Origin: Eledone cirrhosa
Taxonomy: Eukaryota
NCBI GenBank assembly: GCA_964016885.1
Contig: OZ024766.1
Location: 620,001 to 684,000 of the forward strand
Direction of reading: 5' to 3'
Length of the DNA stretch: 64,000 bases
The notes beneath the pieces are model-generated. The model did not search any database and was not told the origin of the DNA. It saw only the letters and a program-made list of their open reading frames with translations. Numbering within the stretch: the stretch's first letter is position 1; the number at the start of each line of letters is the position of its first letter. Below are positions 13,655 through 24,929 of the stretch, one piece after another. The position numbers and the translations under genes are program-made.

Positions 13655-15635
13655 TGTATGTATATAGAGATTTTGAGTATATGTTGGTTGTATACACTAC
13701 AGGGAGCCTTCTGTAACCTTTCCCCCCACTGGCCCCTGTAACCTTTCCCCCACTGACCCCTGTAACCGCTCTCTCTTCCAGTTCGGATGTCCCGCAGTGT
13801 CCCAGGCTATTTTGCCTACCGTATGAATAAAAGTATGAAAGGACTGGGAACAAAGGACCGAAACCTTATAAGGTTGTTAATTAGTCGAAGTGAGGTAAGT
13901 TCTACATATTTATCTCCCCCTGTTTCTTTTTTGCTTTTTTTTTTTAAATTTTTTTTTTCACTGGAGTAATTGCTGGCCTTGTGCCCAAAATAGAAACAAT
14001 TATTACGGGGTCGATAAAATAAAGTACCAGTAATGCACTGGGGTAATTGCTGGCCTTGTGCCCAAAATATAAACAATAAAGAAACCTATCTATCTATCTA
14101 CGAAAGAGAGGCGGTTTTCCTCTGTACGGTGGCTATGGTGAAAGAAGTTATATGGTGGATGGGGTTGAGAGGACTGAGGACAGATGCCTTTCTCTCCGGA
14201 CAACAATTGATTCCCCTTCTTTAGGTGCCACTTTAGAAGGAGAATCAGAGTGGAGAGAGAGGCACTGCACCCCAGTAAATTTACTGAAAGGTGTTATATG
14301 GTGGACGAGGTTGAGAGGACTGAGGACAGATGCCTTTCTCTCCGGACAACAATTGATTCCCCTTCTTTAGGTGCCACTTTAGAAGGAGAATCAGAGTGGA
14401 GAGAGAGGCACTGCACCCCAGTAAATTTACTGAAAGGTGTTATATGGTGGACGAGGTTGAGAGGACTGAGGACAGATGCCTTTCTCTCCGGACAACAATT
14501 GATTCCCCTTCTTTAGGTGCCACTTTAGAAGGAGAATCAGAGTGGAGAGAGAGGCACTGCACCCCAGTAAATTTACTGAAAGGTGTTATATGGTGGACGA
14601 GGTTGAGAGGACTGAGGACAGATGCCTTTCTCTCCGGACAACAACTCATTCCCTTCTTTAGGTACCACTTTAGAAGGAGAATCAGAGTGGAGAGAGAGGC
14701 ACTGCACCCCAGTAAATTTACTGAAAGGTGTTATATGGTGGACGAGGTTGAGAGGACTGGGGACAGATGCCTTTCTCTCCGGACAACAACTCATTCCCTT
14801 CTTTAGGTACCACTTTAGAAGGAGAATCAGGGTGGAGAGAGAGGCACTGCACCCCAGTAAGTTTACTGAAAGGTGTTATATGGTGGACGAGGTTGAGAGG
14901 ACTGAGGACAGATGCCTTTCTCTCCGGACAACAATTGATTCCCCTTCTTTAGGTATCACTTTAGAAGGAGAATCAGAGTGGAGGGAGAGGCACTGCACCC
15001 CAGTAAATTTACTGAAAGGTGGGTGAATGTGGCAAAAATGGCCCGAGTGATTGGGCCTTCTCTGTATATAAACCTGTAGGTTGAAGAGGAGAGTAAAAGG
15101 AAGAAAGGAGCACTTGCACAACACGCTCCTGGAGTTGAGGGTTGTTCTATCTACGGGGTATTAAACAACCCATTTGTGGCACCTCCCCCCTATTGGGGAT
15201 TTCGATTGTTGTAATTGTTTGTTTTTATATTTTTTACACGACTGTATGTAAAATCCCTGGCATGTCTTTGTATTGTCCCCTTTTCTTGTGCGCCCTTGTG
15301 GCTAATAAAGAAATATGTATTATAAAGGAGAAGCTGTTTCTGTGTGTGTCAGTCATATATTTAGAAGGTAGAACAAGGGGTGGAGTGAGCTGTTGTTTTA
15401 TAAAAATGGATGATTTGCAGGCAACACTGGAAAACACCCTTGGAAATTTCAGAGGAAAGTGGCCGTACTCGAAAACGAGTTGGCAGCCACCATATATATA
15501 TGTATATATATATATGTTTATATATATATGTATATATGTTTATATATATATATGTTTATATATATGTATATATGTTTATATGTATATGTTTATATGTTTA
15601 TATATATATATATATATGTTTATATATATATATAT

Positions 15636-15670
<35 letters not shown>

Positions 15671-16245
15671 TATATATATATATATATGTTTATATATATA
15701 TATATATATATATGTTTATATATATATATGTTTATATATATATATGTTTATATATATATATGTTTATATATATATATGTTTATATATATATATATATATG
15801 TTTATATATATATATATATGTTTATATATATATATGTTTATATATATATATATGTTTATATATATATATGTTTATATATATATATATGTTTATATATATA
15901 TATATGTTTATATATATATATATGTTTATATATATATATATATGTTTATATATATATATGTTTATATATATATATATATGTTTATATATATATATGTTTA
16001 TATATATATATGTTTATATATATATATGTTTATATATATGTTTATATATATATATGTTTATATATATGTATATATATATATGTATATATATATATGTTTA
16101 TATATGTTTATGTATATGTATATATGTATATATGTATATGTATATGTATATATGTATATATATATATATGTATATGTATATATGTATATATGTATATATG
16201 TATATGTATATATGTTTATGTATATAAACATAATGTATATATATA

Positions 16246-16284
<39 letters not shown>

Positions 16285-16334
16285 TGTATATATATAAACA
16301 TATATATATATAATGTATATATATATACACACAC

Positions 16335-16383
<49 letters not shown>

Positions 16384-16401
16384 GTATATATATATACACA
16401 C

Positions 16402-16456
<55 letters not shown>

Positions 16457-16463
16457 CACACAC

Positions 16464-16496
<33 letters not shown>

Positions 16497-16653
16497 ATGT
16501 ATGTGAATGTTATCTTCATTGCAGATTGATCTTGTCCAAGTCCGAGAGGAATACGAAAAGATGTTTGATGAGACCCTGGCCTCAGCTATCCAGTGTGAGG
16601 CTATGGGAGACTATGAAGAGGTGATGCTAGCTTTGATTGGACACAGGGTGTAA
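3134..16653 (+). CDS. Annexin family gene (four annexin repeats). 8 coding exons: 3134-3209, 4606-4697, 5663-5776, 7954-8044, 10495-10643, 11887-12064, 13782-13894, 16525-16653. N-terminal/start exon not identified.
   Basis: All exons have AG/GT boundaries and compatible phases, totalling 942 nt (313 aa + TAA). The translation shows four endonexin-fold motifs ([33 protein letters not shown]), each with a downstream acidic cap (ESDLSG, ANDTSG, KSETMG, QCEAMG), plus the typical RLLISRSE|IDL junction. Subfamily cannot be assigned by eye. Confidence 0.95.
3290..3785 (+). mobile_element. Degenerate RTE-type LINE reverse transcriptase fragment (intronic)
   Basis: Translates to [40 protein letters not shown] and LSSLLFIIV, with frameshifts and stops. 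Confidence 0.85.
4101..4540. repeat. 23-bp minisatellite (about 19 copies)
   Basis: Unit ctagcacttaactgatgagagg(a/c). Confidence 0.92.
4606..4697 (+). CDS. Annexin exon ([31 protein letters not shown])
   Basis: Poly-T/ag acceptor, gtaagt donor; phase 1 start completes the GLGT motif. Confidence 0.93.
5498..5533 (-). ncRNA. Minimal type I hammerhead ribozyme motif (Penelope-like element type)
   Basis: Minus strand reads UCUU-CUGAUGA-A-GGAC-UAGC-GUCC-GAAACGUU-AAGA: 4-bp stem I, 4-bp stem II and a palindromic ACGU stem III. There is one extra A before stem II. Confidence 0.6.
5663..5776 (+). CDS. Annexin exon ([38 protein letters not shown])
   Basis: tacag acceptor, gtgagt donor, 114 nt, phase 0-0. 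Confidence 0.92.
5795..7925. repeat. (CAT)n followed by a long (CAC/CACAC)n low-complexity tract (intronic)
   Basis: Direct inspection. Confidence 0.95.
7954..8044 (+). CDS. Annexin exon ([30 protein letters not shown])
   Basis: ctaac branch point, catcag acceptor, gtaagt donor; repeat II. Confidence 0.92.
8105..8510 (+). mobile_element. tRNA-derived SINE with a tandemly amplified 3' segment (about 77 bp x 4)
   Basis: Head tggcagtattgg...gttcaaatccc (A/B-box-like), body ctttgcctttcatccttacggggtcgataaaataaagtaccag. Other copies at about 32590, 32905, 33110, 49670 (-) and 57680-58260 (-). Confidence 0.8.
8641..10508 (+). repeat. 54-56-bp minisatellite (about 34 copies) whose unit contains a branch point, pyrimidine tract, CAG acceptor and the first 14 nt of the annexin exon
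   Basis: Unit ctctggcccttcttctCTAACctttgactcccctattgCAG|tgtt(t/c)gg(c/t)acgac; the last unit runs into exon 10495. Confidence 0.92.
10495..10643 (+). CDS. Annexin exon ([50 protein letters not shown])
   Basis: ttgcag acceptor (last unit of a minisatellite), gtgagt donor; DTSGDF and RDE...DAQELY are typical annexin motifs. Confidence 0.93.
10685..11230. repeat. G-rich minisatellite of about 28-31 bp
   Basis: Unit gtgatggttggtagaggg(a/c)atgggggg. Confidence 0.9.
11887..12064 (+). CDS. Annexin exon ([25 protein letters not shown]...[15 protein letters not shown])
   Basis: caacag acceptor, gtaagg donor; repeat III signature AGEKRFGT. Confidence 0.94.
12085..12902. mobile_element. Composite SINE-like repeat with about 5 internal tandem duplications (about 90-120 bp)
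   Basis: ctggatgcccttcctaacaccaacc...ctggagcaatgtgaaataaagtgtcttgctcaagg. Single-unit copies at about 23030-23360, 28370-28643 and 58400-58650; reverse copies at about 50270-50540 and 63060-63280. Confidence 0.8.
13065..13100 (+). ncRNA. Hammerhead-like motif with a variant core (CAGAUGA)
   Basis: tctt-cagatga-a-ggac-tagc-gtcc-gaaacgtt-aaga; same repeat family as 5410-5618 in the opposite orientation. Confidence 0.45.
13441..13561. repeat. Hairpin / inverted duplication; family also at 22717-22846 and 48018-48206
   Basis: agctttcaccg...tgactaaagaaattttagcctgataatggggttt followed by its reverse complement. Confidence 0.85.
13782..13894 (+). CDS. Annexin exon ([38 protein letters not shown])
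   Basis: ttccag acceptor, gtaagt donor; repeat IV. Confidence 0.95.
14100..15315 (+). mobile_element. 3' end of an L1/Tx1-like LINE with a ~146-bp segment tandemly repeated about 6 times
   Basis: AMVKEVIWW(T)R...[17 protein letters not shown]...FTERW resembles Tx1-type ORF2 C-termini; it is followed by a UTR-like stretch and AATAAA near 15304. The family assignment is by resemblance only. Confidence 0.55.
16525..16653 (+). CDS. Annexin last coding exon ([42 protein letters not shown])
   Basis: ttgcag acceptor, TAA at 16651-16653; typical annexin C-terminus. Confidence 0.93.
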   Translation: MDLVQVREEYEKMFDETLASAIQCEAMGDYEEVMLALIGHRV

Positions 16654-16679
16654 CCTGGATACAACCTCATAGGGTGAGC

Positions 16680-17690
16680 TGCTACACCACCACCACTATA
16701 ACTGCTACTACCATTACTACTACACCTACTGCTTTTATTGCTACTACTAACACTACTACTGTTGCTGTTGCTATTGCTGTTTATTGCTGTTACTGTTGCT
16801 ACTTATATCTTATACGTTTTTCTATGATGAGTGTGACGGCCTAGTGGACTGTGGCGCCACCACTACTACTACCACCACTACTACTACCACCACTACCATT
16901 ACTATTACTACCATTATCACTACCCATACTACTACTACTACCACCACGACCATTACTACTACCATTACTATTACTATCACTACCATTACCACTACCCATA
17001 CTACTACTACTACTACCACCACCACCACTACCATTACTACTACCATTACTATTACTATCACTACCATTACCACTACCCATACTACTACTACTACCACCAC
17101 CACTACCATTACTACTACCATTACTATTACTATCACTACCATTACCACTACCCATACTACTACTACTACCACCACCACTACCATTACTACTACCATTACT
17201 ATTACTATCACTACCATTACCACTACCCATACTACTACTACTACTACCACCACCACCACTACCATTACTACTACCATTACTATTACTATCACTACCATTA
17301 CCACTACCCATACTACTACTACTACCACCACCACTACCATTACTACTACCATTACTATTACTATCACTACCATTACCACTACCCATACTACTACTACTAC
17401 TACCACTACCACTACTACCACTACTACTACCACCACTACCATTACTACAACTACCATTACCACTACCCAAACTAGTACTACTACCACCACTACCCATACT
17501 ACCACTACTACTACCACCACTACCACTACCACCACCACCACTACTACTACCACCACTACCCATACTACCACTACTACTACCACCACTACCACTACCACCA
17601 CCACCACTACTACTACCACCACCACCACTACTACTACTACCACCACTACTACTACCACCACTACCACCACCACTACTACCACCACTACTG
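16680..17690. repeat. (CTA/CCA)n compound repeat in the probable annexin 3' UTR
   Basis: Begins about 30 nt after the stop codon; candidate AATAAA at about 18324. Confidence 0.85.
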
Positions 17691-18399
17691 CTTCTGCTAT
17701 CTCCATATACATCTTTTTTTTTTTTTTTTTTTTTTCTAGTGTGTGTGAGGTGTCCCTAATTTTGGTTGGGTCACACAGACATGGTGTGACCTGTTGACAG
17801 CCTAACTGACTGTGGCACACCAACACCCCCCCTCCTCCACTGCTACCGTGCCTATGCTAAAAATTATTATTATTATTATTATTATTATTACTAGGCGGTG
17901 GAATTGGCAGTAATCGGTGGCGGGTCAGACGCCATGCTTTGCAGCATAGAGTTGCGTCCCTTTACGATCTGACTTCCAATCGGGACCCAGCTGGATCAGT
18001 TGGAGATGGTTGCTTCTGACAGGACCTGTTGGAAGGTGTGTCTGAGGACTTTGCCCTCACAACTTTTCCCAGGAATAAATGGGCAAAGAAGAAGAAAGAT
18101 GAAAGGCAAAGCTAACCTCGGTGGTAGGTTAGCTTTGCCCGTTATCCTTTCGGAGTTGTCACAAACTGGGGTCAATTTAATCGACTTTCCCCTGCCCCAA
18201 AATTGCTGGCCTTGTGCCATAAAGGGAGGTGGATTGGCAGAATCTAACAATAATAATAATAATGTATTTATTTATTATGCTAATAATTGTTGCTTTTCCT
18301 GTCTCAAATTTATATTTAATGTGAATAAAATGTGATTAATTATAACACTGTCTTCTTCTTATTTAAATTAACGGGAACACATTGTATGTTTTCGTGTAT

Positions 18400-18965
18400 A
18401 AGGCACACTTGTGTATAAGACACACTGGTGTAGAAGGCACACCGGTGTAGAAGGCACACCGGTGTAGAAGGCACACTGGTGTATAAAGCACACTGGTGTA
18501 TAAAGCACACTGGTGTATAAAGCACACTGGTGTATAAGACACACTGGTGTATAAGACACACTGGTGTATAAGTCACACTGGTGTATAAGTCACACTGGTG
18601 TATAAGTCACACTGGTGTATAAGACACACTGGTGTATAAGACACACTGGTGTATAAGGCACACTGGTGTATAAGGCACACTGGTGTATAAGGCACACTGG
18701 TGTATAAGGCGCACTGGTGTATAAGGCACACTGGTGTATAAGATGTACTGTTGTATAATTGGTATTGGTGTATAAGACACTTGTGTATAAGACACACTTG
18801 TGTTTATGACACTCTATTGTATAAGGTGTACTGGTATATAAGACACAGTGCTGTAGATGTACTTGTACATAAGATGTACTTGTGTATAAGATGTACCCAT
18901 GTATAAGATGTACTGGTGTGCATAAGACATCCTGGTGTAGATGTACTGGTGTATAAGACACACTG
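18400..18965. repeat. 19-bp minisatellite
   Basis: Unit cacactggtgtataa(g/a)(g/a/t). Confidence 0.9.
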
Positions 18966-19096
18966 CTGCATATGACAACTCAGCAACAGCATCTACATCA
19001 CCAATCATGTCACCACCAACACCACCCCACTACCAACAACACTTACAATAACAGCAACAAGACCACCACACACACACACTCACACTCACACTCACA

Positions 19097-19157
<61 letters not shown>

Positions 19158-19312
19158 GAAGCACCAACACCACAACCTCCTTAACTACACAGCTATGCAT
19201 GTGACGGGCGAGTGTGAGGGAAGACGGCACTGGTATCGACATGTGATGCTTACGGATGATGGTTGCCGAGTGGAGCAGTGTCTAGGTGACTTCATCAGCC
19301 CTGGAGGAGGAG

Positions 19313-19930
19313 CAGGATGCTCTGAAAGTGGGAGACCCAGTGTAAGAACAGGGAGACAGTAGCTCTGCTGACAGCAAAGGGGCTTCAAGGATGCTCTGAA
19401 AGTGGGAGACCCAGTGTAAGAATAGGCTGAAAAAGGTTTAGGGAGACAGTAGCTCTGCTGACAGAAAAGGGGCTTCGAGGATGCTCTGAAAGAGGGAGAC
19501 CCAGTGTAAGAACAGGGAGACAGTAGCTCTGCTGACAGAAAAGGGGCTTCGAGGATGCTCTGAAAGAGGGAGACCCAGTGTAAGAACAGGGAGACAGTAG
19601 CTGCTGACAGAAAAGGGGCTTCGAGGATGCTCTGAAAGAGGGAGACCCAGTGTAAGAACAGGGAGACAGTAGCTCTGCTGACAGCAAAGGGGCTTCAAGG
19701 ATGCTCTGAAAGTGGGAGACCCAGTGTAAGTTTAGGGAGACAGTAGCTCTGTTGACAGAAAAGGGGCTTTGAGGATGCTCTGAAAGAGGGAGACCCAGTG
19801 TAAGAACAGGGAGACAGTAGCTCTGCTGACAGCAAAGGGGCTTCGAGGATGCTCTGAAAGTGGGGGCCCAGTGTAAGAATAGGCTGAAAAAGGTTTAGGG
19901 AGACAGTAGCTCTGCTGACAGCAAAGGGCT
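19313..19930. repeat. About 70-90-bp minisatellite
   Basis: ggatgctctgaaagagggagacccagtgtaagaacagggagacagtagctctgctgacag repeated about 8 times. Confidence 0.88.
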
Positions 19931-20109
19931 TGTCTATCAGAGGGAAGGGGAGACTGTGTACTGCCTGGATGTGAACATGGTAGTGAGACAAGGGCCTTGA
20001 CTGTAGAAGACCTGTGAAGGCTGGAAATAAATGAAGCAAGTATGCTCCAATACATATGTAATGTTGGTGAGCATGAATGATGTTGCTTAAACAAAATAGT
20101 GTGTAAGGG

Positions 20110-20660
20110 ACATTAGATGTGGTGTACAGGAGAGGAGACTGCTCTGGTATAGACATGTAGTGCCTATGATGAACAACATAAGTGAAATACTGGATATAAG
20201 AGGCATTAGATGTGGTGTACAGGAGAGGAGACTGCTCTGGTGTAGACATGTAGTGTGTAATGTTAGTGTACAAGAGAGGAGACTGCTCTGGTATAGACAT
20301 GTGGTGTCTATTATGAACAACATAAGTGAAATACTGGATATAAGAGGCATTAGATGTGGTGTACAGGAGAGGAGACTGCTCTGGTGTAGACATGTAGTGT
20401 GTAATGTTAGTGTACAAGAGAGAAGACTGCTCTGGTATAGACATGTGGTGTCTATTATGAACAACATAAGTGAAATACTGGATATAAGAGGCATTAGATG
20501 TGGTGTACAGGAGAGGAGACTGCTCTGGTGTAGACATGTGGTGTGTAATGTTAGTGTACAAGGGAGGAGACTGCTCTGGTGTAGACATGTGGTGTGTAAT
20601 GTTAGTGTACACGATGAAACATTAGTGAAAAACTGGGTATAAGAGGCATTAGATGTGTGC
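20110..20660. repeat. Compound tandem repeat (about 141-bp higher-order unit)
   Basis: Recurring gtgtacaggagaggagactgctctggtgtagacatgt subunits. Confidence 0.85.
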
Positions 20661-20953
20661 AAGAAAAAAAATAATGCGGCTTTACACATTTTTAACACAA
20701 AGATGTCTGTGTGTCAGTCTGCTGACATTTGAAAGCTGTTGCCCAGTTATAGAGTTAAAACGAAGGGAAGAAGGTTGCCAGGGATCCTTAACTTAAAGGT
20801 TAAAGCATCTAGTCAGGATCTGGAAGATAAGGGGTTCAATCTCTTATAGCAGCTGATGGCAAATTCTTTTTCCATCTTTTAAGAGTCTTTGCCATATTTT
20901 ATAGACTTTTTTATAGCATCTCTCTACTTTCTTTATATTTATATATACTTATA

Positions 20954-21003
<50 letters not shown>

Positions 21004-21008
21004 TTATA

Positions 21009-21050
<42 letters not shown>

Positions 21051-21055
21051 TTATA

Positions 21056-21097
<42 letters not shown>

Positions 21098-21102
21098 TTA
21101 TA

Positions 21103-21146
<44 letters not shown>

Positions 21147-21151
21147 TTATA

Positions 21152-21184
<33 letters not shown>

Positions 21185-21190
21185 CTTATA

Positions 21191-21232
<42 letters not shown>

Positions 21233-21238
21233 TTATAC

Positions 21239-21279
<41 letters not shown>

Positions 21280-21284
21280 TTATA

Positions 21285-21324
<40 letters not shown>

Positions 21325-21329
21325 TTATA

Positions 21330-21371
<42 letters not shown>

Positions 21372-21376
21372 TTATA

Positions 21377-21418
<42 letters not shown>

Positions 21419-21424
21419 TTATAC

Positions 21425-21458
<34 letters not shown>

Positions 21459-21469
21459 CTTATACTGTG

Positions 21470-21503
<34 letters not shown>

Positions 21504-21514
21504 CTTATACTGTG

Positions 21515-21548
<34 letters not shown>

Positions 21549-21554
21549 CTTATA

Positions 21555-21594
<40 letters not shown>

Positions 21595-21824
21595 GGTATA
21601 AGTATAAAATATTGAGTATATATATATGTATATATATAACAAAGGGAGTGTGGTAAGGAACCAGGTGGACCGTAACGCACCAGAGTACTCAATACTTAGT
21701 GTAGTAGAGTGGGTAAGGAAAAAGTATGACCCCGACGGCAGAGCTCAAGCCATTTCGACGGCTATTTCAGTCCATCTCTGGATCGCTGTGTCTCATATAA
21801 ATGTATGTATGGATGTATGGATAT

Positions 21825-21875
<51 letters not shown>

Positions 21876-21893
21876 CATATGTATGGATATATG

Positions 21894-21929
<36 letters not shown>

Positions 21930-22239
21930 TGGATATATTTGTGTATATATATATATATCTGTGTGTGTGTATATATGTATGTGTATATATATACATATGT
22001 ATGGATATATTTGTGTATATATATATATATATATATATATGTGTATATATATACATATGTATGAATATATATGTGTATATATATACATATGTATGGATAT
22101 ATTTGTGTATATATATGGATATGTATGGATATATTTGTGTATATATATGGATATATGTGTATATATATACATATGTATGGATATATTTGTGTATATATAT
22201 ATATGTGTATATATATACATATGTATGAATACATTTGTG

Positions 22240-22274
<35 letters not shown>

Positions 22275-23901
22275 ATATATATACATATGTATGGATATAT
22301 ATGTGTGTGTGTATATATATACATATGTATGGATATATATGTGTGTGTGTATATATATACATATGTATGGATATATATGTGTGTATATATATATATACAT
22401 ATGTATGGATATATATGTGTGTATATATATATATACATATGTATGGATATATATGTGTGTGTATATATATATATACATATGTATGGATATATATGTGTGT
22501 GTATATATATATATATATACATATGTATGGATATATATGTGTGTGTATATATATATATACATATGTATGGATATATTTGTGTATATATATATATATATAT
22601 GTGTGTGTGTATATATATATACATATGTATGGATATATTTGTATATATATATATATATATATGTCAAGTAAGTATGTTTTGAAACAGTTAGCGAGTTTGA
22701 AATTAGAAAATATATAGCTTTCACCGTATTTTTAACTCAAGGAATTTTAACTTGATACACCAATACTCATCTTTTTCCATTTATCTGAGGGTTCTAAACC
22801 CTGTTATCAAGCTAAACTTCCTTTAGTTAAAAATACGGTGAAAGCTATATATGTATATATATATATATATATATGCATATATGTGTATATAGGAATTTAT
22901 CTATGTATATGTATGGGTACATGTATGTGTATATGTATGGGTACATGTATGTGTATATGTATGTATGTATATAAATGTATGTATATCTGAATATGCATAT
23001 ATGTGTGTATGTATCATCATTCATCATCATTTCATTTTACGTCCCCTTTTTCCCTGCTTGCAAGGGTGGGACGGGAACTGATTCTGGGTTGATTTCTACA
23101 GCTGGATGCCCTTCCTAACACCAACCTCATTTACAGTGAGGGCTGGGTGCTTTTTTGCCGTGGCACCTCCACGACCACTTTGCAGTGGAATGATAGGGAC
23201 CCCAGTCCCTATCATCTCATTTCTACAGCTGAGTAAACTGGAGCAATGTGAAATAAAGTGTCTTGCTCAAGGAAGCAACACATCACCCGGTCTGAGAATT
23301 CAACTCACAACCTTTCGATTGCAAGGCCAATGCTCTAACCACTAAGCCATGTGCCTCCATGTATATATGAATGTGTAGATATGTGTAGATATGTGTAGAT
23401 ATGTATGTGTATATATATTTATGTATGTATATGTATATATGAATGTGTAGATATGTATGTGTATATATATTTATGTATGTATATGTATATATGAATGTGT
23501 AGATATGTATGTGTATATATATTTATGTATGGATATGTATATATGAATGTGTAGATATGTATGTGTATATATATTTATGTATGGATATGTATATATGAAT
23601 GTGTAGATATGTATGTGTATATATATTTATGTATGTATATGTATATATGAATGTGTAGATATGTATGTGTATATATATTTATGTATGTATATGTATATAT
23701 GAATGTGTAGATATGTATGTGTATATATATTTATGTATGTATATGTATATATGAATGTGTAGATATGTATGTGTATATATATTAATGTATATATGTATGT
23801 ATATATATATATATATATATACACACATCAGGTCTCTACTCTCCCGTGCATTGACCTAGTAACTTCAATTTATATCATATACTGACTTATATACACACAT
23901 A

Positions 23902-23943
<42 letters not shown>

Positions 23944-24197
23944 TATATATATATTTATATATATATACACATATATATACATGTTTACGTTTGTAATGAA
24001 AGTGGTCATGTCATTTTATCAATAGATAAGGTGGAAATATGATAAAGTATATATATATATATATACATACATAAATATATATACCTATATTCTTATATAT
24101 GTGAGTGTGTGTATATATATATATATATATCTATGTTTATATATGTATATATCTATGTTTATATATGTATGTGTATATATGTATATATATATATATA

Positions 24198-24238
<41 letters not shown>

Positions 24239-24539
24239 ATATATATATATATGTACATATATATATATATATATCTATGTTTATATATATATGTATATAT
24301 GTTTATATATATATGTATATATGTTTATATATATATGTATATATGTTTGTTTATATCTATGTATATATATATATATATCTATGTATATATATCCATATAT
24401 ATATATGTATATATATATGTATTTATTTGTATATATATATGTATTTATATATATATATACATACATACATACATATATATGTATATATCTGTATATATCT
24501 ATATATATCTATGTATATATATGTATATCTATATGTATT

Positions 24540-24592
<53 letters not shown>

Positions 24593-24596
24593 ATAT

Positions 24597-24632
<36 letters not shown>

Positions 24633-24929
24633 GTATATATATATATATATATATACATACATGTGTGTATATACATGTACTGTACTCTTGATCTGCAATG
24701 GCGTGATGTGCGTGGGCATGTTTTTACTCTCAAGTGGAGCGTGGGTGTGTGGATAACGCGTTTTAATCTTTCATATCATATGCGTCAGTGTATATAAACA
24801 CATACACACACTCACACACACTCACACACACTCACACACACTCACACACACTCACACACACTCACACACACAGACAAACAAACCACTCTAAATTGGCTGT
24901 CTTAGTGCCTCATTAAAAGCACCCTGTCC